From NCBI GenBank assembly GCA_039586365.1, contig JBDHKN010000013.1, positions 1-64,000 of the forward strand: a stretch of 64,000 nucleotides of DNA. The letters run 5' to 3'. Source of the DNA: Gemmatimonadota bacterium (GTDB taxonomy: Bacteria > Gemmatimonadota > Gemmatimonadetes > Gemmatimonadales > GWC2-71-9). The notes beneath the pieces were generated by a model. That model did not search any database and was not told the origin of the DNA. It saw only the letters and a list, made by a program, of their open reading frames with translations. The stretch's first letter is position 1; each line of letters starts with the position of its first letter. Shown piece by piece: positions 44,578 through 55,457 of the stretch. A program made the translations under genes and the position numbers.

Positions 44578-46047
44578 ATGGCGCTGGACCGCCGCGCATT
44601 CCTCGGATCAGTTGGAGCTGCTACGGCCGCCATGATGTTCCCATCGTGTCGACCGGTTCGGCGACCGCCCAATTTCGTATTCCTTCTGATCGACGACCTC
44701 GGATGGGTGGATACGGGCACGTATGGCAGCACGTTCTACGAGACACCGAATGTCGATGCGTTGGCCAGCTCGGGAATGCGGTTCACCGCTGCTTACGCCG
44801 CCAGCCCCGTCTGCTCGCCGACACGAGCAAGCATCCTCACCGGCCAGCACCCAGCCCGGTTGGACATCACAGACTGGATTGGCGGCAGCCAGCGTGGCAT
44901 GCTACTCCCGGCAGAGTACGCACACCAACTTCCACTCGCAGCCGTCACCATCGCCGAAGCGCTGGGTCAGGCGGGCTACGTGAGTGGATTCGTTGGAAAG
45001 TGGCACCTCGGAGACGATCCGTATCTGCCACAGCAGCAGGGTTTCGCACTGAATGTCGCAGGACACGGCGCAGGACAGCCAGCCAGCTACTTCTATCCGT
45101 ATCGCGACCGGGACGGCCGCAGTACACGGTGGGACGTGCCCGACCTCGCAGGTGGCAGCGACGGAGAGTACCTGACGGATCGGCTCACCGACGAGGCACT
45201 CCGGTTCCTGGAGGCACGACAGAACGATCCGTTCCTGCTCTATTTAGCGCACTATGCTGTCCACACGCCGATCGAATCGAAGCAGGAGTTGACGGAACGT
45301 TACCGCGCCAAATTGGAATCGCTGCCACCTCTCGCCAGCCCAGCAGTTGTCGAGGAACATGGGCGCGCGTTCACTCGGCAGGTGCAGGACAACCCGGCCT
45401 ATGCAGGAATGATCCAAAGTGTGGACGAGAGCGTCGGGCGCGTTCTGGAGAAGCTGGACGATCTGGGCATCGCTGATGACACCATCGTGATCTTCATGTC
45501 CGACAACGGAGGACTCAGCACGCTTGCCGGAACGCACAACGCGCCGACGACGAATGTTCCGCTCAGAGCCGGCAAGGGATGGCTGTACGAAGGTGGCATC
45601 CGCGAACCCCTGCTCGTGCGGTGGCCCGGCATAGTAGAGCAGGGGAGTGTGTGCTCCGTACCCGTGACCAGCAGCGACTTCTTTCCCACCATGCTGGAGA
45701 TGGCTGGTCTGCCTCTGCAGCCGGGATTGCATCGTGACGGGGTCAGTCTGGTGCCGCTACTTTCGCAACGGGGAGTGCTCGACAGGGATGCGCTCTACTG
45801 GCATTTCCCACACTATCATGGATCGGGCAGCCGGCCGAGCGGTGCAGTTCGTGTGGGCGACTACAAGTTGATAGAGTGGTTTGAGGATGGAGCCGTGGAG
45901 TTATACGATCTCGCCACGGATCTGGGCGAGACCACGGATCTGTCGGAACGAATGCCCGAGTGGGCAGCAGCACTCAAGGCAAGGCTTACGGCATGGCGTG
46001 AGGAGGTGGGCGCGAACATGACGAGACCGAACACGGAGTCGCAATGA
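44578..46047 (+). CDS. Cys-type S1 sulfatase, Tat signal
   Basis: DRRAFLG; PNFVFLLIDDLG; CSPTRASILTG; GKWHLG; SDNGG. Confidence 0.95.
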   Translation: MALDRRAFLGSVGAATAAMMFPSCRPVRRPPNFVFLLIDDLGWVDTGTYGSTFYETPNVDALASSGMRFTAAYAASPVCSPTRASILTGQHPARLDITDWIGGSQRGMLLPAEYAHQLPLAAVTIAEALGQAGYVSGFVGKWHLGDDPYLPQQQGFALNVAGHGAGQPASYFYPYRDRDGRSTRWDVPDLAGGSDGEYLTDRLTDEALRFLEARQNDPFLLYLAHYAVHTPIESKQELTERYRAKLESLPPLASPAVVEEHGRAFTRQVQDNPAYAGMIQSVDESVGRVLEKLDDLGIADDTIVIFMSDNGGLSTLAGTHNAPTTNVPLRAGKGWLYEGGIREPLLVRWPGIVEQGSVCSVPVTSSDFFPTMLEMAGLPLQPGLHRDGVSLVPLLSQRGVLDRDALYWHFPHYHGSGSRPSGAVRVGDYKLIEWFEDGAVELYDLATDLGETTDLSERMPEWAAALKARLTAWREEVGANMTRPNTESQ

Positions 46048-47540
46048 AGACGAACATAGACCGTCGTGCCTTCGTGAAGTCCGTAGGAATTGGAGCGGCC
46101 ACCATGGCGCTCGCCGATCTGGAGGGGTGCATTCCGGCCCGGCGGCAACCCAACATCGTGCTGATAGTGGCCGACGACCTGGGATACGGTGAACTGGGTT
46201 CCTACGGGCAACAGAAGATCCGTACGCCCAACCTGGACCGGATGGCCGCGGAAGGGATGCGATTCACTCAGCACTACTCGGGGAGCCCGGTGTGCGCGCC
46301 CTCGAGGTGTGTACTGCTGACGGGGATGCACACCGGTTACGCCTACATCCGTGGCAACGACGAGATGGCCGACCGGGGCGACGTGTGGCATGACCTGAGC
46401 TTGGAGGGGCAGCGGCCGCTTCTCCCCAATACGACTACGATTGCCACGCTGCTCCAGGAAGCAGGGTACGTCACCGGCGCCATGGGGAAGTGGGGTCTCG
46501 GTGGGCCGGGCAGCACCGGAGAGCCGAACCGGCAGGGTTTCGACTACTGGTATGGATACCTGGGCCAGCGTCTGGCCCATAACTACTACCCGGTCCATCT
46601 GTGGCGTAACACCGAGAAGCACGAGCTCGACAACGAGTATTTCCATCCACACCAACGCCTGCCTGCCGCTGCGGATCCCAACGATCCGGCTTCTTACGAG
46701 CCCTACTCCGGGAAACAGTATTCCATGGATCTCATTGTCGAGGAAGCGCTCGATTTCATCCGCCGCAACCAGGACCAGCCATTCTTCCTGTATCTCCCGT
46801 TTACGATCCCGCACGTGGCGCTGCAAGTGCCCGCAGAGAGCATCGAGGAATACACTGGGGCCTTTCCTGACACACCGTACCTGGGCGATGAAGGATACAC
46901 GCCGCAGCGGACCCCGCGGGCGGCGTACGCAGCGATGATAACGCGCATGGATCGAGAAATCGGCCGCATAATGAACTTGATTGCAGAACTCGGGCTGGAC
47001 GAGAACACGATCGTGTTCTTCACCAGCGACAACGGTCCGACCTTCAACGGTGGCACCGATTCTGAGTTCTTCCAGAGTGCGGGACCACTGCGCGGCCTGA
47101 AGCAGGATCTCTACGAAGGCGGCATTCGCGTACCACTGATCGCGCGCTGGCCCGGCAGAGTTGCTGCCGGCACAGTAGCCGACCACGTATCCTCGTTCTG
47201 GGACTATCTGCCGACGTTGACCGCACTCGCGGGCGCAACGACCCCAGCTGGCATCGACGGGGTGTCGCTGTTGCCAACGCTGGAAGGCCGACCCGATGCC
47301 CAGCGACGGCACGAGCACCTGTATTGGGAATACAGCGGTGCGCAGGCGGTGCGTCTCGGGGATTGGAAGGCGGTTCGCGAACGCCTCACTGAGGAGATCG
47401 AGCTATACGATCTGGCCGGCGACATTGCCGAGCAACACGATGTGGCGTCGCAGCACCCTGACATCGTCCAGCGCATCGAGGAGATCATGCAGAACGACCG
47501 GACCGAATCGGAGTTGTTCCCCTTGGTCAGAGAGCCGTGA
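46044..47540 (+). CDS. Cys-type S1 arylsulfatase, Tat signal
   Basis: DRRAFVK; PNIVLIVADDLG; CAPSRCVLLTG; GKWGLG; SDNGP. Confidence 0.95.
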   Translation: MKTNIDRRAFVKSVGIGAATMALADLEGCIPARRQPNIVLIVADDLGYGELGSYGQQKIRTPNLDRMAAEGMRFTQHYSGSPVCAPSRCVLLTGMHTGYAYIRGNDEMADRGDVWHDLSLEGQRPLLPNTTTIATLLQEAGYVTGAMGKWGLGGPGSTGEPNRQGFDYWYGYLGQRLAHNYYPVHLWRNTEKHELDNEYFHPHQRLPAAADPNDPASYEPYSGKQYSMDLIVEEALDFIRRNQDQPFFLYLPFTIPHVALQVPAESIEEYTGAFPDTPYLGDEGYTPQRTPRAAYAAMITRMDREIGRIMNLIAELGLDENTIVFFTSDNGPTFNGGTDSEFFQSAGPLRGLKQDLYEGGIRVPLIARWPGRVAAGTVADHVSSFWDYLPTLTALAGATTPAGIDGVSLLPTLEGRPDAQRRHEHLYWEYSGAQAVRLGDWKAVRERLTEEIELYDLAGDIAEQHDVASQHPDIVQRIEEIMQNDRTESELFPLVREP

Positions 47541-49021
47541 TGTCGCACAGAACACGACGTGAGTTCGTCCGCACCTCGGTCGGCGCGGCGGCGGCGGTTG
47601 CCCTCCCCGGTGTTGTCGGCTGCAGAGTCGCCGCACGCCCGTCCGTGCCCCCCAACCTGGTATATGTGTTTGCCGATCAGATGCGAGGTCAGGCACTCGG
47701 GTTCCTGAATGAGGATCCGGTTGTCACTCCGAACCTGGATGGGTTTGCCGCTCAAGGTGTGGCGCTGCCACAGGCGGTGAGCAACTATCCGGTGTGCAGT
47801 CCCTACCGGGCAATGATGCTCACGGGCATGTACCCGCACGCCACCGGGGTGCTGGCCAACTGCAACACGAACGGAGCCCAGCACGGGTACGAGCTTGCTG
47901 CATCCACGCGCTGCTGGTCGGACGTGCTGCACGACCGCGGTCACAGTCTGGGGTACATCGGCAAGTGGCACCTCGACTCGCCTCACAAGCCATACGTTGA
48001 CACATCGAACAACACTGCCGATTTCGCGTGGAACGAGTGGACGCCGCCCGAGAGACGGCACGGTTTCGATTTCTGGTATGCCTACGGTACGTACGACAAC
48101 CATCTCCAACCCGAGTACTGGACCACTCACGCACCACGTTCGGATCGAGTGAAGGTCGATCAATGGTCGCCTGAACACGAGGCCGGCGTGGCGATCCGGT
48201 ACTTGCGCAACCCTGGCGGGATGTACCGCAATCCAGACCGGCCGTTCGCGCTGGTCGTGTCGATGAATCCGCCCCACATGCCCTACCAAATGGTACCGCA
48301 ACGGTACCTGGATTTATACGCCCGTAAGACGGTGGAGGATCTGCTGGTCCGACAGAACGTCGATGTTGCCGCAGATACTGCGGGCAGCCGCCTCGCGCAG
48401 AGGCACACCAAGAACTACTTCGCTCAGATAAGCGGCGTAGACGATCAGTTCGGTAGGATATTGCGCGCGCTGGACGAGCTGGGACTGGGGGAAGACACGA
48501 TAGTCGTCTTCACCTCGGATCACGGGAACTGCCTCGGGGCCCACGAGGAAGTCTCCAAGAACGTGCACTATGAGGAGTCGATGCGAGTGCCGTTCTTGAT
48601 TCGTTGGTCGGGGCGAATCGCTCCGAGGCAGGACGATCTCTTGCTTTCCACCCCCGACATCAACCCAACGTTGCTGGGACTGATGGGTCTTGCGGCCGAC
48701 ACGCCGAGCGGTGTGCAAGGAGAGAACTACGCCTCGTTGCTGCTCACGGGCCGCGGATCCCGACCGACATCACAGCCGTACATGTGGATTCCGTACGGTG
48801 GTCCCGCTTGGGGAAGACGTGGTGTGCGCACCCAGCGGTACACGCTCGTGGTGACCAAGGTCGCGGGAGTAGAGCCCGAGTACGTGCTCCACGACAACGT
48901 GGGCGATCCATCCCAGTTGCGGAACATCGCGAATGAACAGCCCGACATCGTCAGGGAGCTGGTGGACACAGAGTTGGAGCCATGGCTCCAACGGATGGGT
49001 GACCCGTGGTTGAAGTCGTGA
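47540..49021 (+). CDS. Cys-type S1 sulfatase, Tat signal
   Basis: TRREFVR; PNLVYVFADQMR; CSPYRAMMLTG; GKWHL; SDHG. GTG at 47537 is an alternative start. Confidence 0.95.
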   Translation: MSHRTRREFVRTSVGAAAAVALPGVVGCRVAARPSVPPNLVYVFADQMRGQALGFLNEDPVVTPNLDGFAAQGVALPQAVSNYPVCSPYRAMMLTGMYPHATGVLANCNTNGAQHGYELAASTRCWSDVLHDRGHSLGYIGKWHLDSPHKPYVDTSNNTADFAWNEWTPPERRHGFDFWYAYGTYDNHLQPEYWTTHAPRSDRVKVDQWSPEHEAGVAIRYLRNPGGMYRNPDRPFALVVSMNPPHMPYQMVPQRYLDLYARKTVEDLLVRQNVDVAADTAGSRLAQRHTKNYFAQISGVDDQFGRILRALDELGLGEDTIVVFTSDHGNCLGAHEEVSKNVHYEESMRVPFLIRWSGRIAPRQDDLLLSTPDINPTLLGLMGLAADTPSGVQGENYASLLLTGRGSRPTSQPYMWIPYGGPAWGRRGVRTQRYTLVVTKVAGVEPEYVLHDNVGDPSQLRNIANEQPDIVRELVDTELEPWLQRMGDPWLKS

Positions 49022-51657
49022 ACGGTCGGCGACGGGGTTTGGTTGTACTGGTAGCGTCGCTGGTCTTGGCGGTCATTGCCTGCTCCCCCGACGTGTCGTT
49101 CCAGAGTGAATGGACTTCGAGCCCCGACGGTCGTTGGGTAGGACCGAGCTTCTGGGCGAACCGGCTGCAGGACTGGCGGGTGGAAGCCGGTCGCTTGGAA
49201 GCTGTCGCCCCGTTGCCTATGCGCACCGCGCATCTCCTCACTCGGCGGCTGGGCGATGGAACAGGTGCAGTTGCACTCTCTGTGGTGTTGGGTCGAAGCA
49301 GCGCATTCACAGCGGACAGCGGGTCCAGTTCGGCCGGCTTCATGATCGGAGCGGGCCGTAACCTCGACTACCGGGCGGCCTCAATCATCCATCACAGCTA
49401 CGGTCCCGGTGCGGGGCTATACGCCGGCGTGAATACCGAAGGTCGCGTGTTTCTCCGAGATCTCGTACAGGAAGATCTAGTCATCGTGCAGTCGGATGTG
49501 TCAGGGGGCCCGATCGACTCCGTGTCCCTGCTACTCGAGGCGCATCCGGGGGATTCGGACTACGAGATCATGGTGCAGGCCGCGTTCTGGAATGAGAATA
49601 GAGACACGGTACGAGTTACCGCCGGCGGATTGCCAGTCGAACGACTGGTTGGCAACATCGCTCTGGTCTCGGACACCCGTGACGACAGCGGCATGACGTA
49701 CTGGTTTTCGCGCTTCACCGCCGCTGGATCCAAGCTCACGCGCCATGATGACCGGACTGCGGGTCCGGTGCTGGGCACACAACACACGTTGAGCCGTGGC
49801 ACGCTGAGGCTTACCGCTCAGTTCATGCCGGTTGCCGCTACTGAGCGCCAGACTGCTGAACTGCAGGTGCGAAACGGTGCCGGGTGGGCAACAGTTGCGA
49901 CTGCGTCGATCGTCGTTCCCGGGTACACCGCGACCTTCACGGTCGACGACTGGGACGACACGCGCGACGTGCCGTTCCGGGTCGCTTACGATATGGTCGC
50001 GAACGACGGAACCACCACGAGGCATTACTCATTGGGGACGATCCGCCACGATCCACGCGATGCTGACGAGATCGTGGTAGCGGCATTCACGGGCAATCAC
50101 AATGTGCAGATGGGGGTGGACCGGGCGTGGTTCCCCTGGGATCAGGGAGTGTGGTTCCCCCACGCCGACGTCGTAGACCACGTATGGACGCACGATCCGG
50201 ACCTGCTGTTCTTCAGCGGCGATCAAGTCTATGAGGGTGCGAGCCCGACTAGTGCGGACTTCGAGCAGCCGTATGAGGACTACCTGTACAAATGGTACCT
50301 GTGGCTGTGGGCGTTTGGCGAGCTAACTGCCGAGCTACCCGCGGTAACGATCCCCGACGATCACGACGTGTTTCACGGCAATGTTTGGGGTGCTGGTGGT
50401 CGTGCCACGCCGCCCGGGCTGACTGGGGCGGCCGCACAGGACGCGGGCGGCTACAAGCTCCCGGCCGAGTGGGTGAACATGGTTCAACGGACGCAGACGA
50501 GTCATCTGCCGGATCCATACGACCCGACTCCGGTCGAACAGGGAATCGGCGTGTACTACACTGACCTGCAATACGGCGGAGTGAGCTTCGCGGTGCTCGA
50601 GGATCGCAAGTTCAAGTCGCCGCCGGCGGCATTGCTACCCGCGGGCGACATCTGGAACGGCTGGCCGCGGAATCCGCAGTTTGATCCGAAAGCACAGGCG
50701 GACGTTCCCGGAGCCGTATTGCTCGGTGAGAGACAGCTAGCGTTTCTGGAGCAGTGGACCGACGACTGGAGTGGTGGGTCCTGGATGAAGGTCGTGCTGT
50801 CTCAGACGCTGTTCGCGAACGTGGCCACCCTCCCGGCCGGCGTGCAGACGGGGGCAGTCATCCCGAGTCTCGCGATCCTCACGGAGGGCGAGTATGCGGA
50901 GAACGATAACGTCGTGAGCGACATGGACTCGAATGGCTGGCCGCAGTCCGCTCGTAACCGTGCGCTGCGTGCAATGCGTAAGGGTTTCGCAGTGCATCTG
51001 TCCGGTGATCAACATCTCGGCAGTACCATCCAGTACGGTATCGATGACTGGCGTGACGCCGGATACGCGCTGTGCGTTCCGTCGGTGGCAAACTTCTGGC
51101 CGCGCCGTTGGTACCCTCCGGAGCCGGGAGCCAATCGGGCTGCGAACGCTCCGCGATACGCCGGTGACTACGAGGACGGGTTCGGCAACAAGATCACGGT
51201 GTTCGCGGTGTCGAACCCTGTGCGCTCGGGCAGGGAGCCGGCGGCGCTATACGACCGGGCGCCGGGTTACGGGATCGCCCGATTCAACCGCCGGACCCGC
51301 GCGGTGAGTTTAGCTGCTTGGCCGCGGTGGGCTGACCCAGCGAGCGGCGACGGACCATATCCAGGTTGGCCTGTGACGTTTGCACAGCAAGACGGCTACG
51401 GCCGGCAACCGGTAGCATTCTTGCCGCGGATCGAGGTGTCCGGGATGGAGGACCCGGTGGTGCAGGTGGTGCAGGAAGCTTCCGGTGCGGTCGTGTACAC
51501 ACTCCGTATGCTCGGCACGAGCTTCTCGCCACCGGTGTATGTGGCTGGCAGCTATACGGTCCGTGTGGGCGAACTGGGAACAGCGCAGTGGCGGGAGTTC
51601 AGCGGGGTCCAAGCGGCAGCGCAGCCGCAAGAAACGCTGTCCGTAGTGTTCGACTAG
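49006..51657 (+). CDS. Large PhoD-like metallophosphoesterase lipoprotein
   Basis: Lipobox VIAC; FSGDQVYE, PDDHDV, EDRKFKS, LLGERQ..FL..W, DSNGWP, GDQHL. Confidence 0.8.
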   Translation: MVEVVNGRRRGLVVLVASLVLAVIACSPDVSFQSEWTSSPDGRWVGPSFWANRLQDWRVEAGRLEAVAPLPMRTAHLLTRRLGDGTGAVALSVVLGRSSAFTADSGSSSAGFMIGAGRNLDYRAASIIHHSYGPGAGLYAGVNTEGRVFLRDLVQEDLVIVQSDVSGGPIDSVSLLLEAHPGDSDYEIMVQAAFWNENRDTVRVTAGGLPVERLVGNIALVSDTRDDSGMTYWFSRFTAAGSKLTRHDDRTAGPVLGTQHTLSRGTLRLTAQFMPVAATERQTAELQVRNGAGWATVATASIVVPGYTATFTVDDWDDTRDVPFRVAYDMVANDGTTTRHYSLGTIRHDPRDADEIVVAAFTGNHNVQMGVDRAWFPWDQGVWFPHADVVDHVWTHDPDLLFFSGDQVYEGASPTSADFEQPYEDYLYKWYLWLWAFGELTAELPAVTIPDDHDVFHGNVWGAGGRATPPGLTGAAAQDAGGYKLPAEWVNMVQRTQTSHLPDPYDPTPVEQGIGVYYTDLQYGGVSFAVLEDRKFKSPPAALLPAGDIWNGWPRNPQFDPKAQADVPGAVLLGERQLAFLEQWTDDWSGGSWMKVVLSQTLFANVATLPAGVQTGAVIPSLAILTEGEYAENDNVVSDMDSNGWPQSARNRALRAMRKGFAVHLSGDQHLGSTIQYGIDDWRDAGYALCVPSVANFWPRRWYPPEPGANRAANAPRYAGDYEDGFGNKITVFAVSNPVRSGREPAALYDRAPGYGIARFNRRTRAVSLAAWPRWADPASGDGPYPGWPVTFAQQDGYGRQPVAFLPRIEVSGMEDPVVQVVQEASGAVVYTLRMLGTSFSPPVYVAGSYTVRVGELGTAQWREFSGVQAAAQPQETLSVVFD

Positions 51658-51778
51658 GATCCGCCCTACGAGCAGATGCCACTCACATTGACCGTATGTC
51701 AGCCGTACTGCATGCATGAAATGAAGCGTGCGTCGATCGAGTCGGGAGCGCGTATCCGAGTCACACCCGCCGGCGCCG

Positions 51779-52321
51779 CTACTTAGGGTCGGCTTGTTGC
51801 GGACTCGGTCTTGCACGATAGATGGAGATCCTGGTGTCTCCGAAGTCGTACCTCTTCCCGTGGTGTGGGAGCAGATGATCTCGGCCATGCTCGACGCAGA
51901 AGATCCGGCTGAACGGCACCTCGATCCAGCGCTTCACAACCCGATCGGCCTTGTGCGATCCGTAGGGCGGATCCGCCAAGGCGATGTCGTACGCGAGTCG
52001 GTCGATCTGCTCGACGAATGGAATGGCGTCACGCTTGAAGATACGGGTTCGGTTCTTGACCCGGAAAGCGGCAACGTTGGCTTTGAGAGCATGGAGACTG
52101 ACAGCACCGTTCTCCACGAAATCCGCTGAAGCGGCACCGCGAGAGAGTGCCTCCAAACCCAAGGCGCCCGATCCCGCGAACAAGTCCAGGATCCGGGCCC
52201 CCGGCAGATCTCCCGCTAGCAGGCTCAACCAGCGATCGCGGATCTGTTCTGCTGTCGGTCGCACCCTCGCCCCGGGCGAGACCAGGTCACGGCCGGCCCA
52301 GACACCTCCGACGATTCTCAC
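51779..52321 (-). CDS. rsmD: 16S rRNA m2G966 methyltransferase RsmD family
   Basis: RIVGG, VRPT, LDLFAGSGALGLEALSRGA, ADPPY, VEH. Confidence 0.88.
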   Translation of the reverse strand: MRIVGGVWAGRDLVSPGARVRPTAEQIRDRWLSLLAGDLPGARILDLFAGSGALGLEALSRGAASADFVENGAVSLHALKANVAAFRVKNRTRIFKRDAIPFVEQIDRLAYDIALADPPYGSHKADRVVKRWIEVPFSRIFCVEHGRDHLLPHHGKRYDFGDTRISIYRARPSPQQADPK

Positions 52322-52382
52322 CGGGAGTTACGGCGTTCGCAGCCGGTATGGTGGTCATACCGTCCTTGATCGTTGAGCGTGA

Positions 52383-54839
52383 TCATTCGTATCGCATTGC
52401 GTCCATCGGATCGACCCGGGTCGCCCGCTTGGCCGGCACCGAGCACGCCAATAGGCCTGCAAGCGCCAGGGCCACCACGATCGCCGCGAAGATGGTCGGA
52501 TCCCAGGGCTCAACCTGGAACAACACAATCCGTATCATTCTCGACAAAACCGCTCCGAGGCCCAAGCCGACAACCACCCCCACTCCCAGTTGCCAGAGTC
52601 CTTGCTTGAGGATCAACCTCACGACCTGGACCGCATCCGCGCCGAGCGCCATGCGGAGACCGATCTCCTGGGTTCTGCGATTGACTGAGAATGCCATCAC
52701 GCCGTAAAGGCCGACAGAGGCGAGGAACAGCGAAACGAATCCGAAAATCATGAACAGAGTCCCGAATACGCCAAAGAAGAACGTGCTCGCGTCCATCGTG
52801 TCCTCCAACGTCCTCACCCAATAGATCGGCAGGTTGGAGTCCATGGCGCTCACCTCGTCTCTCACCATTGTGGCGAGGCTCATGGCGGCCACCTCAGTGC
52901 GCATTGCGATGCTCATGAATCGCGCCGGGTTCTGCGCGAACGGGATGTAGAATCCCTGTGGCTCTTCGTTGTTCGGACCGCCGAGGTACATGTCCGGCAC
53001 GACTGCAATGATGGTCATCCAAGGCTGTTGCGAATTTGACGCGCCGGGCCGGATACGGCGTCCCACGGGGCTCGCGCCCGGGAAGAACTGGGAGGCGAAA
53101 CTCTCGTTCACGATAGCGACCGGTAGCGCTTCTGCGTTGTCCGCGAATGTAAAGTCTCGTCCTTGGAGAATGCTCACGCCAAACGTGTCGAAGTACCGCG
53201 GGGCCGTGACAACTTGGCGTGCTCGCGGATAGTCTCGGTCGTCGGTGTATGCTTCACCCTCCACGGCGAATCGCGGCATGCCGGTGCCCACGCCGGGGAA
53301 AGCGGACGTGAACGTGGCTGCAACTACCCCGGGCTTTGCTTCGAGTCGCTCCTGCAGTTGCTCGAAGAACTGGATTTGGCTCGCAGGATCGGGATAATCC
53401 GTTTCGAACAGGCCGATGCGGGCGGTAAAGATGTTCTCCGTCTGAAAGCCGAAGTCGACGGTCCTGAGCTTCACGACCGTCTTGATCATCAGACCGGCCG
53501 CGACGAGCAGTCCACATGAGAGAGCGATCTCCGCCGCGACGAGTCCCCTGCTGAACCGGCCCAGCCGCAGACTCGATGATCCGCGGGCTTCATCTTTCAA
53601 GACGTCACCCACGTTGCCCCCGGATGCCTGGATCGCGGGAAGGCTCCCGGCGGCGAGGCTCGCGAGGACCGTGACCGCGAGTACGAACAGCAAGACCGTG
53701 CCGTCCACGTCGATGTCGATCCAGAACGGCGGGTTGGCAACCGCGATCGCGTCGTTGAAGAGATCGGTGCCAAAGTAGGCCATCACAATGCCCAGGACGG
53801 CACCGCAGGCTGCGAGGATCCCTGCCTCGGCCAGGTGTTGTGAGATGACACGTGCTCTGCTCGCACCCAGCGCGATCCGGACCGCCACCTCCTTGGTGCG
53901 AACGGCCGCCCGGGCGAGTAGCAGATTCGCCACGTTGGCGCAGGCAATCAGCAACACACCGAATACGGCGCCCAGCATGTTGAGGAGTAGTCGACTGACT
54001 TCATCGCCAATCATCTGTTTGGTGAACGGTTTCATGTATGGGCGGATCCCCTCGTTGGTCTCTGGATACTCTAGCTCGAGGCGTCTGGCAATACCGGTGA
54101 GTTCGGCAAATGCCTGATCCTGCGACACGCCGTCCTTGAGTCGTCCAATGAGCGGCACGCTGCGGGTTTCGCTGGTCACGGTCGCCGGTGTGTTGAATGC
54201 ACGCCCATCTCCTCGAGTGATCCCTGGGTCGATGAGGATCGGGATCCACGCTTCCTGGATGACGGGAAACGCAAATCCATCGGGCATTACTCCGATTATG
54301 GTCGTGGGCCGTCCGTTGGTTCGAACGGTCGTACCGATGATGCTGGGATCACTGTTGAAGCGGTTTCGCCACACTCCGTAGCCAATGATCATGACCGGAG
54401 GCGCGCCGGGGAGGCCATCCTCCTCCAGAAAGGTGCGGCCCTGGACCGCTTGAACACGAAGAACGTCGAACAGGTTGGTGGTGACGAATCCGCCTTGGTA
54501 GCGCTCCGGGCGGTCTTCGACGCCGCTCACGTTTACGGTCCCGGAGAAGTATCCAGCAAGGCCTTCGAAGCTGGTTTGTTGCTCCCGCCAATCGACGAAG
54601 TCATGGACTGTCACAGCCATTTGCACGATGTCCTGGGAGGGATTGCTGCGTGCAATGTGCATGAGTTGGTCGGGCTTCTCGAACGGGAGACCCTCGAGGA
54701 CGGCCCCGTCGACGATACTGAACATCATCGTGGTGAGGCCAATGCCCAGGGTGAGTGCGAGCACGGCTATGGCTGTTGCGCCAGGATGCTTGAACAGCAT
54801 GCGAACGCCGAATCGAATGTCACGGAGCAACGCGGTCAT
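52383..54839 (-). CDS. Duplicated MacB/FtsX ABC permease (ADOP-like), no adjacent PadR or ATPase
   Basis: DIRFGVRML..PG, LGIGLTT, IACANVANLLLAR, RTQEIGLRMALGA, VDPMDAMRYE. Confidence 0.92.
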   Translation of the reverse strand: MTALLRDIRFGVRMLFKHPGATAIAVLALTLGIGLTTMMFSIVDGAVLEGLPFEKPDQLMHIARSNPSQDIVQMAVTVHDFVDWREQQTSFEGLAGYFSGTVNVSGVEDRPERYQGGFVTTNLFDVLRVQAVQGRTFLEEDGLPGAPPVMIIGYGVWRNRFNSDPSIIGTTVRTNGRPTTIIGVMPDGFAFPVIQEAWIPILIDPGITRGDGRAFNTPATVTSETRSVPLIGRLKDGVSQDQAFAELTGIARRLELEYPETNEGIRPYMKPFTKQMIGDEVSRLLLNMLGAVFGVLLIACANVANLLLARAAVRTKEVAVRIALGASRARVISQHLAEAGILAACGAVLGIVMAYFGTDLFNDAIAVANPPFWIDIDVDGTVLLFVLAVTVLASLAAGSLPAIQASGGNVGDVLKDEARGSSSLRLGRFSRGLVAAEIALSCGLLVAAGLMIKTVVKLRTVDFGFQTENIFTARIGLFETDYPDPASQIQFFEQLQERLEAKPGVVAATFTSAFPGVGTGMPRFAVEGEAYTDDRDYPRARQVVTAPRYFDTFGVSILQGRDFTFADNAEALPVAIVNESFASQFFPGASPVGRRIRPGASNSQQPWMTIIAVVPDMYLGGPNNEEPQGFYIPFAQNPARFMSIAMRTEVAAMSLATMVRDEVSAMDSNLPIYWVRTLEDTMDASTFFFGVFGTLFMIFGFVSLFLASVGLYGVMAFSVNRRTQEIGLRMALGADAVQVVRLILKQGLWQLGVGVVVGLGLGAVLSRMIRIVLFQVEPWDPTIFAAIVVALALAGLLACSVPAKRATRVDPMDAMRYE

Positions 54840-55457
54840 GAGAACCTGTGCCTCTAAGAAGGGACTGTCGCCAGTCGTCCAGTGGTCTCGTCGCCGGGCG
54901 GGCGTCGTATTGCTGCGTCTGTCTGGCGGCGGGGCCACGTGGGCCGCCGGCGTACTACAATGTCCGGTGATTACGCAATCGGCGGGGTCACTCAAACATC
55001 ACTGGTGAGCTACTACCGCCGCTAACATAGTAGCGACTGTCATAGTGGCTGGAGGACGACGCAGCTATTGTGGTGTCTGGTTCGTGAGTGCGCAAGATTG
55101 GCGCAAGTGCAACGGGATCAGTCGGTCACCTCTGCACGTGACTACCACGCTGATCTAGCCCAACCCTCGGCCGATCCATACCTTAGGCCAGCTCAGCCAA
55201 GTCACTCCACGACCAAGCAACTGGGCCGGCTGAGAACGACCCTCTCCGACCGCTTCACCCGTGTTGACAATGCCCCGAGGAGTCCTCATGCGAGCGGCTG
55301 GACACCTTGAACACCCGGGAACATACTGGAAAGGGGGAAAGGACATCCCTCTCGGGAAACCAGTCGTCGTCGTGCCTATCCCCGAACCGGACAGCCCATA
55401 CTTTTGTGCTGATGACCATGGATGCCATCAACCTGAACCGACCAAGGACGCCGACGT

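Noticed and set aside
55010..55052. GCTACT..AGTAGC and repeated CATAGT upstream of the third permease
   Set aside because: Short matches that could be chance; no adjacent regulator.
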